A stretch of 64,000 nucleotides of DNA from Tubulanus polymorphus (Eukaryota > Animalia > Nemertea): positions 12,822,275-12,886,274 of the forward strand of contig NC_134032.1 of NCBI RefSeq assembly GCF_964204645.1. The letters are read 5' to 3'. The notes beneath the pieces were generated by a model. That model was not told the DNA's origin and searched no databases. It saw nothing but the letters and a program-made list of their open reading frames with translations. Of the stretch, positions 12,749 through 24,385 are shown in pieces. Within the stretch, counting starts at the first letter, position 1; the number at the start of each line of letters is the position of its first letter. The translations under genes and the position numbers were made by a program.

Positions 12749-15700
12749 ATGAAGTGCATCGACACTATCGATGGAATGTACAGCATTTTAGAGAAATCTG
12801 ACTCGAAATCGTTGCTGAAAAAATATCTGACGCCGGATAAATTCAAAAAACTGAGATCCCTCAAAACTAAACTCGGCGGCACTTTGGCTCACTGCATCAA
12901 TTCAGGTTGGTTCTATTTTTGCATCGAGCTGTTCTACAGTAGACTTCGCTCAAGTCGAATCTTTTGGGACCGTAAAATGTGTCCGACTTGAGTGATATTC
13001 GAGTTGGGTGTTATGCATTCGTTAAATGGTGTCACAAAAGATTTTTCAAAAGACATTCGAGTTGATCTCTCATCAATAATTCTCTGTTCCGGGAGAAGAG
13101 ATTTCGTACCTTTAATGGTTATAGTTAAGTTGATATGAAGCACCATTGATATCTTGTCATTCATTTATGATTGGTCATTTACAGGTGTTGAACACTTGGA
13201 GAGCAGTAATGGCATTTATGCCTGTGATCCGGAAGGATATGAAACGTTCAAAGATATTCTGGACCCGATTATAAAAGAATATCACAAGTTCGAAAATTCT
13301 GATATCAAACATCCGGATCCGGATTTTGGAAACTTGGCAAACCTTCCATTTGGTGATGTTGACCCAGATGGTAGATATGTTGTTTCAACACGAGTTCGTG
13401 TTGGTCGTAGCGTCGACGGTATTCCATTCCCTCCAACAATCAATAAAGCGGTAAGTCCCGATATCCTTCGCATAGTATTGCAATGATACAAATGGTGTGA
13501 AATGTGTTATTAACTTTTTCGAAAGGTTTTGACTAAATGCCAAAGATCCTGTAAGCATTTGCAAAACGTGATATCCTTGGGATGAATACGTTGAAGATAT
13601 CGTATTGAGGAATAATTGGTAATCAAAAAGTATACTGATTATCTTTAATAGCAACGTGCTGAGGTTGAAAGGAAAATCATGAAAGCTTTCGACGTGCTTC
13701 AAAATGATAAGGAATATGAAGGTACCTATTACCAGTTGCCAAAACTGACTCCTCAGGAGGCTGACCAACTGAGGATGGATCATTTCCTATTCAGCGAAAC
13801 TGATGAGTAAGTAAATTATTTGTATGATACTGCATAGGCGGATTAAGCGATTTTATAAAAAATTGCATTCACGTTCCTTATGAAAAACTATTCAAAACCA
13901 GTTAACTAATAATACTTTCAGCATTGCTCGATCTGCTGGTATCTATCGAGATTGGAGTGACAGTCGTGGAATTTACTGCAGTAACGACAAAAAATTTCTT
14001 GTGTGGGTAAATGAAGAAGATCATTATCGTCTCATATCCATGCAGAAAGGAGGCGACCTCGCAAAGGTGTATCGTAGATTGGTGAAAGTAAGGAGTACTA
14101 CTTTTGTCTGTACTATTGCCGTTTATTCTTTAAACAACACTTAAAAAGGATTTTTTTTTCCAATTCCAGGCCATTAAAACAGTGGAGCAACAGGTTACGT
14201 TCGCACACAGTAAACGCTTTGGTTACCTAACTTTTTGTCCTACAAATCTCGGAACAACGTTAAGAGCCAGTGTACATGTGAAGATACCCAGGCTTTCAGC
14301 AAACAAGAAAATGATGGAGGAGATTTGCGCTGAATATAAACTTCAACCAAGAGGTAAATAGACTAGAAATAGGATAAGAGATAACATGTAAAGTGTGGGT
14401 TTCTCATGAAAAACAAAACTCTTATGTTCCCCGGCTTCATATATTTCACTAAGGTATACATGGTGAACATACTGAGAGCGTTGGAGGTGTTTATGACATA
14501 AGCAATAAACGCAGATTGGGACTGTCTGAAATTGATGCCGTCACAGAAATGGCTGACGGTGTTAAAGCCATCATCGCCAAGGAAAAAGAACTGGTAATTG
14601 TCACTTTAATGTCCCCGGTAGAAATCAAAATTATTTAATAGTTTCAAACGTTTGCTTATTTTCTACATTCACAGGAAAAGATATGGGAGTATCAAGGTAG
14701 CATAGAGGATATGTACACCGTGCTTGTAAATTCCAACTCAAAATCATTGTTGAAGAAATACCTGACGCGAGAGGTATTTGACAGTCTGAAAGACAAGAAA
14801 ACGAGTCTTGGTGGTACATTGGCCCATTGCATCAATTCAGGTAATTAGATTTGTAAGCAATGGACATGTATTAAGCGACCTTTATAATACTTTATCGTAG
14901 AATCTAGGTGTTATTTACTTGGAGGGCAGTAATTAGACTAGAGGCAGAACATTCGTCAATAATTCGAAGTGATGGACTTGCAAGCTTTATGTATACTCTT
15001 TCATAAATTCCAGGTATTGTTCACTTGGAGAGCAGTAACGGCATTTATGCCTGTGATCCGGAAGGATACGAAACGTTCAAAGATATTCTGTACCCAATCA
15101 TCAAAGAATATCACAAGTTCGAGAATTCTGACATCAAACATCCGGATCCGGATTTTGGGAACTTGGCAAACCTTCCATTTGGTGATGTTGACCCAGACGG
15201 CAGATATGTTGTTTCAACACGAGTTCGTGTTGGTCGCAGTGCAGACGGTATTCCATTTGCTCCGTCTATCAGTGAAACGGTAAGTCCTACAATTCTGAAA
15301 TGATGGTTCTATAGTATGTACATTGATTTAAGCGTATGTAATACATTTGAAATCAGATGAGATATTGTCAATTTCATTATTGTAGCAACGGGCCGAAGTT
15401 GAAAACAAGATCATGAAAGCCTTTGAAGTACTACAAAATGAAAAGGAATATCAAGGTACCTATTACCAGTTACCAAAACTGACTCCTGAGGAGGCTGACC
15501 AACTGAGGACGGACCATTTCCTCTTCAGTGAGACTGATGAGTAAGTAGATTTGTAATAACGATCAAAAACATTTCAAATTAGCAGATCTAAACAATTGTA
15601 TTGAAGATGCATTCCGATTCCTCATGGCAAATTACATTTATTCACATTCGAAAGCACTAATTAACAAATTTCACTTTTAGCATTGCTCGATCAGCTGGTA

Positions 15701-18700
15701 TCTACAGGAATTGGAGTGACAATCGTGGAATTTACTGTAGTAACGACAAAAAATTCCTCGTATGGGTAAATGAAGAAGATCATTATCGTCTCATATCCAT
15801 GCAGAAAGGAGGTGACCTCGCAAAGGTGTATCGCAGATTAGTGAAGGTGCGGTATCTAATTCCCCTTGAAATTTTAGTGTTAATTCTATTATCAACAATT
15901 ACGAAAATCTTATTTAATTTAAAGGCCATCAAAACAGTGGAACAACAGGTTACGTTCGCACACAGTAAACGCTTTGGTTACCTAACCTTTTGTCCTACAA
16001 ATCTCGGAACAACGTTAAGAGCCAGTGTACATGTGAAGATACCCAGGCTTTCAGCAAACAAGAAAATGATGGAGGAAATTTGCGCTGAATATAAACTTCA
16101 ACCAAGAGGTGAATAAATATACTAGAAATAGGCTAAGAAATGGCATGTTAAGTGTTGGTTTCTCGTGAAGAACAAAACTTAAATGTTTGCTGGTTTCATG
16201 TATTTAATTAGGTATACATGGTGAACATACTGAGAGCGTTGGAGGTGTTTATGACATTAGCAATAAACGCAGATTGGGACTGTCTGAAATTGATGCCGTC
16301 ACAGAAATGGCTGACGGTGTTAAAGCCATCATCGCCAAGGAAAAAGAACTGGTAATTGTCACTTTAATGTTCCCGGTAGAAATCAAAATTATTTTATTGG
16401 TTTCAAACGTTTGCTTATTTTCTACATTCACAGGAAAAGATATGGGAGTATCAAGGTAGCATAGAGGATATGTACACCGTGCTTGTAAATTCCAACTCGA
16501 AATCGTTGTTGAAGAAGTATCTGACGCGAGATGTATTTGACAGTCTGAAAGATAAGAAAACCAATCTTGGTGGTACATTGGCCCATTGCATCAATTCAGG
16601 TAACTAGATTTGAATCAGTTAGACTTGAAGTAGAACATTCATCAAGTTAGGGACATGTATTAAGCAAGCTTTAAACTCATAAATTCCAGGTATTGTTCAC
16701 TTGGAGAGCAGTAACGGCATTTATGCCTGTGATCCGGAAGGATATGAAACATTCAAAGGTATTCTGGATCCAATCATCAAAGAATATCACAAGTTCGAAA
16801 ATTCTGATATCAAACATCCGGATCCGAATTTTGGGAACTTGGCAAACCTTCCATTTGGTGATGTTGACCCAGATGGTAGATATGTTGTTTCAACACGAGT
16901 TCGTGTTGGTCGCAGTGCAGACGGTATTCCGTTTGCTCCGTCTATCAGTGAAACGGTAAGACTTAAATGGCGGCACTAATTGTATTTCCAATGATCTTAA
17001 AGCGTTTGGAATACATTTGAAGATGAGGAGCAATTGAGTTAATTCTATCATTATAGCAACGTGCTGAAGTTGAAAACAAAATCATGAAAGCCTTCGAAGT
17101 ACTACAAAATACTAATGAATACCAGGGTACCTATTACCAGTTACCAAAGCTGACTCCTCAAGAAGCTGACCAATTGAGGAATGATCATTTCCTCTTCAGT
17201 GAAACAGACGAGTAAGTGACATATTTGCATCATACCACATAAGCATCTAAAGATTTTGAATTGTACAAATTCCTTATGTCACGTGACGTTTATTCAGAAC
17301 TTTTTAACAAATCTTATGAAACCTTACTCTTAGCATTGCTCGATCAGCCGGTATCTACAGAAATTGGAGTGACAATCGTGGAATCTACTGTAGTAACGAC
17401 AAAAAATTCCTTGTGTGGGTAAATGAAGAAGATCACTATCGTCTCATATCCATGCAGAAAGGAGGTGATCTCGCAAAGGTGTATCGCAGATTAGTGAAGG
17501 TGCGGTATCTAATTATCTTTGGACTGCTACAGTTAATTTTGTTATCAACAATTATAAACTTCTCATTTCCTTTAAAGGCCATTAAAATAGTGGAACAACA
17601 GGTTACGTTCGCACACAGTAAACGCTTTGGTTACCTTACCTTTTGTCCTACAAATCTCGGAACAACGTTGAGAGCCAGTGTACACGTAAAGATACCAAGA
17701 CTATCAGCAAACAAGAAAATGATGCAGGAGGTTTGCGCTGAACACAAACTTCAACCGAGAGGTAAAAACACTTTCTTAGGCTAAGAAAGAACGAACGTGT
17801 GAAATGCAGACTGTTCATGTAGGACTAGCTGTTAATGTTCATTGGCTTCATTTATTTCATTAAGGTATACACGGCGAACATACTGAGAGCGTAGGCGGTG
17901 TTTATGATATTAGTAATAAACGCAGATTGGGACTTACCGAAATCGATGCTGTCACAGAAATGGCTGAAGGCGTCAAAGCCATCATCGCCAAGGAAAAAGA
18001 ACTGGTAATTTTGAATAAATATGTCGATATAAAACATGTTGAAGATTGTTTTTCTCATTTTGTATTTCGACTTTATAGGAAAAGATTTGGGAATATCAAG
18101 GAAGCATCGAAGATATGTACACAGTACTAACAGAATCTAACTCGAAATCGTTGCTGAAGAAATACCTGACGCGTGAAGTATTTGAGAGTTTGAAAGATAA
18201 GAAAACCTCACTTGGTGGCACATTGGCGCATTGCATCAATTCAGGTACATATCCATCATAAAAGGAAAAGGAAATGTTTCAAAGTCGTGGGAACTTATTC
18301 ATATTAGATCTTTCCTAATATCTGGTTTATCAATTTTAGGGGTCGTTCACTTGGAGAGCAGTAATGGTATCTATGCCTGTGATCCGGAAGGATACGAAAC
18401 GTTCAAAGATATTCTGGACCCAATCATCAAAGAATATCACAAGTTCGAGAATTCTGACATCAAACATCCGGATCCGAATTTTGGAAACTTGGCAAACCTT
18501 CCATTTGGTGATGTTGACCCAGACGGTAGATATGTTGTTTCAACACGAGTTCGTGTTGGTCGCAGTGCAGACGGTATTCCATTTGCTCCGTCTATCAGTG
18601 AAACGGTAAGTCCTGTTAATCATTAATGATGGTACTACATTATAAATGTTGTTGAAAGCGTATACAATAATTTTGAAATTCAATGAATTATCATATAGTC

Positions 18701-21700
18701 AATCGATATTATTGTAGCAACGCGCTGAAGTTGAAAACAAAATTATGAAAGCCTTCGAATCACTTCAAAGTGATAGCGAATACGAGGGTACCTATTACCA
18801 GTTGCCAAATCTAACTTCTCAAGAGGCTGACCAATTGAGAATGGATCATTTCCTATTCAGCGAAACAGATGAGTGAGTAAATGATGTTTGCATTCTACCA
18901 AAATACTTCTTGAAGATCTTGAAGATTTTGATTGAAAATTGGTTATTATGTCACATGACGCTTATTCAAAATTCGTCAACATATCATACTTTCAGCATTG
19001 CTCGATCCGCTGGTATCTACAGGAATTGGAGTAACAATCGTGGAATTTACTGCAGCAACGACAAAAAATTCCTTGTATGGGTAAATGAAGAAGATCATTA
19101 TCGTCTCATATCCATGCAAAAAGGTGGTGACCTCGCCCAAGTGTATCGCAGACTAGTGAAAGTATGTATGGTATCTAATTCTTCTTGAACCACATGCTAC
19201 TCCTTGTATAACCACCAATTAATCAATATCTATTTTTGTTTTACTTCAAGGCCATCAAAACTGTGGAGCAAAAGGTTAAGTTCGCGCACAGTAAACGCTT
19301 TGGTTATCTTACCTTTTGTCCCACGAATCTTGGAACAACGTTAAGAGCCAGTGTACACGTAAAGATACCAAGGCTCTCAGCAAACAAGAAATTGATGGGG
19401 GAAGTTTGCGCTAGATTCAAACTTCAGCCGAGAGGTAAATAAGTTATCGTAGGCTAGGAGAGTACACACTGTACACGATTTATTCAAGCCTTTCCTTTTG
19501 GGATTCAAGGAACTAGTTTCTGATTCATGCTCCATATACTTTACTAAGGTATACACGGTGAACATACCGAGAGCGTGGGAGGTGTTTACGACATAAGTAA
19601 TAAACGTAGATTGGGACTGACCGAAATTGATGCTGTCACGGAAATGGCTGAAGGTGTTAAAGCCATCATTGCCAAGGAAAAAGAACTGGTAATTGACGCA
19701 GAAAATGTCGATAGAAATCTGAATAAATGGTTTTCTTTTTTTTCCCTGCTTCCTATCCCATTTCCCTATCTCATCGATATTTTAAAGCATCCTGGATTTT
19801 TACACATTTATAGGAGAAGATTTGGGAGTATCAAGGTAGCATTGAAGATATGTACACCGTGCTTACGGAATCCAACTCGAAATCGTTGCTGAAGAAATAT
19901 CTGACGCGTGAAGTATTTGAGAGTTTGAAAGATAAGAAAACCTCACTTGGTGGCACATTGGCACATTGCATCAATTCAGGTACATATTCATTATAAAAAG
20001 CAGTAGGAAATGTTTCGTAGGTTCGTACAACATCTATCCCAATATTTCGTTCATCAATTTTAGGTGTTGTTCACTTGGAGAGCAGTAATGGCATTTATGC
20101 CTGTGATCCGGAAGGATATGAAACATTCAAAGATATTCTGGATCCAATTATCAAAGAATATCACAAGTTCGAGAATTCTGATATCAAACATCCATCTACC
20201 GATTTCGGAAACTTGGAAGCTCTTCCATTTGGTGATGTTGACCCAGACGGTAGATATGTTGTTTCAACACGAGTTCGTGTTGGTCGCAGTGCAGACGGTA
20301 TTCCATTTGCTCCGTCTATCAGTGAAACGGTAAGACTTGCTATTCTTTAACGGTGGATTTCATTACCATTGTGATGAAATACTGTATATTGGAAGAATCA
20401 AATAAAATTTCAACGAGTCAATTTTATCATTGTAGCAACGCGCTGAAGTTGAAAACAAAATCATGAAAGCTTTCGAAGTACTTCAAACCGATAGTGAATA
20501 TCAAGGCACTTATTACCAGTTGCCAAAACTGACTCCTCAAGAGGCTGACCAATTAAGGATGGATCATTTCCTATTCAGTGAAACTGACGAGTAAGGAAAT
20601 TATTTGCATTTAACCGCTGACGCAAACTTATGATATTGATTGATGATCAATGCATGCACCCTATGACAACGTTTTTCACATTCTAATCCATTGCCACCCT
20701 TCACTTCCAGCATTGCTCGATCAGCCGGTATCTACAGGAATTGGAGTGACAATCGTGGAATTTACTGTAGTAACGACAAAAAATTCCTCGTATGGGTAAA
20801 TGAAGAAGATCACTATCGTCTCATATCCATGCAGAAAGGAGGTGACCTCGCCCAAGTGTATCGCAGATTAGTGAAAGTACGGATTATTTGAATCACTTCT
20901 GTTTATTTTATGACCAATTATTTATCAATGTTCAATATCATTTCACTTCAAGGCCATTAAAACAGTTGAGCAACAGGTTACGTTCGCGCGCAGTGATCGC
21001 TTTGGTTACCTAACCTTTTGTCCAACGAATCTCGGAACAACGTTAAGAGCCAGTGTACATGTGAAGATACCCAGGCTTTCAGCAAACAAGAAAATGATGG
21101 CGGAAGTTTGTGCTGAATATAAACTTCAACCAAGGGGTAACTGAACTATCATAGGCTCAGAAAAAAATTTTAATTTTGGATTGTTTATGAAGAACTAGCT
21201 TCTCATTTTCCCTGGCTCTAATTCTTTTTTCACTAAGGTATACACGGCGAACATACTGAGAGCGTTGGAGGTGTTTATGACATAAGCAATAAACGCAGAT
21301 TGGGACTGTCTGAAATTGATGCCGTCACAGAAATGGCTGACGGTGTTAAAGCCATCATCGCCAAGGAAAAAGAACTGGTAATTGTAAATGAATGTATCAA
21401 GTGAAATGGAAAACTTTCAGTTGTTCAAATCATTCTGTTTTGTCATTCACAGGAAAAAATTTGGGAATATCAGGGCAGCATCGAAGATATGTACTGGGTG
21501 CTAACGGAATCCAACTCGAAATCATTGTTGAAGAAATACCTGACACGAGAAGTATTTGACAGTCTGAAAGATAAGAAAACATCGCTTGGTGGTACTTTGG
21601 CCCATTGTATCAATTCAGGTACATATTCATCATCAAAGTAGTAGGAAAGTCCTGGGCGTTCTTTCAAATCATCTTAATCTTTTGTTCATAAAATCTAGGA

Positions 21701-23088
21701 ATCGTTCACTTGGAAAGCAGTAATGGTATTTATGCCTGTGATCCAGAAGGATATGAAACGTTCAAAGGTATTCTGGACCCGATCATCAAAGAATATCACA
21801 AGTTCGAGAACTCTGAAATCAATCACCCGGATCCGGATTTCGGAAACTTGGAAGCTCTTCCATTTGGTGATGTAGACCCAGATGGTAGATATGTTGTTTC
21901 TACACGGGTTCGTGTTGGTCGCAGTGCAGATGGTATTCCTTTTGCTCCATCTATCAGTGAAACGGTAAGTCCTGCTTTTTTCAAACTGTGCCAGTTCATT
22001 ATCGATGTGATGCCATTCTGTCTAAGATCCTGTGAAATATCAATGTTATCATTGTAGCAACGCGCTGAAGTTGAAAGCAAAATCATGAAAGCCTTCGAAG
22101 TACTTCAAAGTGATAATGAATACCAGGGTACCTATTACCAGTTACCAAAACTGACTCCTCAAGAGGCTGACCAATTGAGGATGGATCATTTCCTCTTCAG
22201 CGAAACTGATGAGTAAGTAGAATTGTAATTAGGATCAAACATAGACATATTGCCAGATCTAAACAATCGGACTGTAGATGCATTCGGGGTCCTCATGGCA
22301 AATTACATTTATTCACATTCGAAAGCACTAATTAACAATTTACTTTCAGCATTGCTCGATCAGCCGGTATCTACAGGAATTGGAGTGACAATCGTGGAAT
22401 TTACTGTAGTAACGACAAAAAATTCCTCGTATGGGTAAATGAAGAAGATCACTATCGTCTCATATCCATGCAGAAAGGAGGTGACCTCGCCCAAGTGTAT
22501 CGCAGATTGGTGAAAGTACGGATTATTTGAATCACTTCTGTTTATTTTATGGCCAATTGTTTATCAATGTTCAATATCTTTCACTTCAAGGCCATCAAAA
22601 CAGTGGAACAACAGGTTACGTTCGCTCACAGTAAACGCTTTGGTTACCTAACCTTTTGTCCAACGAATCTCGGAACAACGTTAAGAGCCAGTGTACACGT
22701 CAAGATACCAAAGCTTTCAGCAAACAAGAAAATGATGAACGAACTTTGCGCAAAACATAAACTTCAACCAAGAGGTAAACCCTATATCCCTTTATCGGAG
22801 TTTTGGAGTCCAGACGTCACTACTTTCCTATCATGTCTTCGTGACTTTGAGCTCTTTATAACCTAGATGGTAATCGTAGGACTAGTTCTTAATTAAACTG
22901 TCATCATTTATTCGGTTTTAGGTATACACGGTGAACATACCGAGAGCGTAGGCGGTGTTTATGATATAAGTAATAAACGCAGATTGGGACTGACCGAAAT
23001 TGACGCTGTCACCGAAATGGCTGAAGGCGTGAAGGCCATCATCGACATGGAAAAGGAATTGGAAACAAAAGAGAGCAGCAAAAAGTAG
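12749..23088 (+). CDS. Six-domain contiguous phosphagen kinase (ATP:guanido phosphotransferase, arginine-kinase type), 36 coding exons, 6480 nt, 2159 aa
   Basis: Exons. D1: 12749-12905, 13185-13450, 13652-13806, 13922-14087, 14170-14353, 14454-14593. D2: 14675-14840, 15014-15279, 15386-15540, 15681-15846, 15925-16108, 16212-16351. D3: 16434-16599, 16690-16955, 17057-17211, 17334-17499, 17578-17761, 17865-18004. D4: 18079-18244, 18340-18605, 18718-18872, 18996-19161, 19251-19434, 19549-19688. D5: 19814-19979, 20064-20329, 20436-20590, 20711-20876, 20953-21136, 21238-21377. D6: 21453-21618, 21699-21964, 22058-22212, 22350-22515, 22591-22774, 22922-23088 (TAG). All introns are GT-AG and homologous exons have identical lengths. 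Each domain carries [41 protein letters not shown] and [15 protein letters not shown] at ~23469. Confidence 0.9.
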
Positions 23089-24385
23089 AAAATTGAATCG
23101 TTATGAAGCATTGCAGGGCTCGTCAGTTGTGTGTTGTGTAAGACAGTTTCAGCTATATCTGTATTTACATGGGCGGCCAATGCTTTTTCATTGTTGATTT
23201 TGATGAGCCTTTCAAATCACATTTTGATTGCTGTTTGAGGGAATAGTTACAAATTAGTGTAATTGATTGTTAGTATTATACATGATTGTGTTTTTGCTTG
23301 TTAATTATCAATGTTGCTGGTTGGAACCAAATCCCTGACGTCCTTCTCTGTTTTCTATCATTTACATTCCAGTTTATATAAAAACTTTACCAAACTTATC
23401 GATATTAAATATATTTTGTGAATACTTTACTCCACAGTTCTGCGATGTATTCTGTAATTTTTTTTTCAAATAAAGAAAAATATGAAAACAGTTTTGTAAG
23501 ACGGGCGCAAATGACACGCACCATTATTTTGTTCCTTTACTTTATGCAAATATATAGACTAATTGTTGAATCTGCATGTTTGTCCTTTTCTTAAAATAGC
23601 TCGTTTTTGAAATAACTATATTGTTTAAGGTCTCTCTACTGGACGCAAGTTCCGTAGATCGCGAAGCCACATTGATGCCAGCTTCCATATTCAAGATATG
23701 ATCAATACCCACTTTTCATGTGCAAAATATCAAATGAAAAATGTAATATTCCTTTCATCGCAGTAATTCAGGTAGGCTTTGAATCGCTGTTGGTCCGGTG
23801 ATTCGGTAAATTGGTAAAAATGCCGAAAAAACTGGGCCAATCTTTCCGCCTAAGGTACAGTGTGATATCGATCATAAGGGCGTCTGGTTTGTCAGGGCCT
23901 CGGCGTTAGGCCGCGAAAAACGGGCATCCACCTAGCTAAACACCACGTCGATTCATAGCTATTTTGCAAAATATGTTACTCTCCGAACGTGATTGCGGTG
24001 GTTGGTTGGTATCCGGTTAAGACTAAACGTTTGGGGATGGGGGTTAATTTCTTTGTTTGCGACAGAGCCGAGCTACTAAAAGTTGGGCTGGAAAACTTTT
24101 AATTAGGTCAGTCGGTTGCTATGCTAACCGCCCCACTTCCTGAATCGATTGGCAGCCGTGAAACGGTCTTCTTGGTAACGAACCGTCGTCGTTATCGTAT
24201 CCCATAGTTACTCTCGCCGGTTTCAACTGTCACTGTTGTTTTGATTTTCGAGAGTGAAGGAAAACAAGTTATAGTACGTGATCCCTCCTCTGAAATATTA
24301 TCATTTCAAGACATATTCTGAAGATCATTATATTGAAAACCTTTCGTTTGCTACATATTTCGTTGCAGATACGAACACAGCAATC

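Noticed and set aside
12749-23088. Six separate tandem AK genes, or an assembly duplication
   Set aside because: Units 1-5 lack stops and have only ~75-125 nt between them, bounded by GT/AG. Units 2-6 lack an in-frame start at the homologous position. The copies differ throughout.
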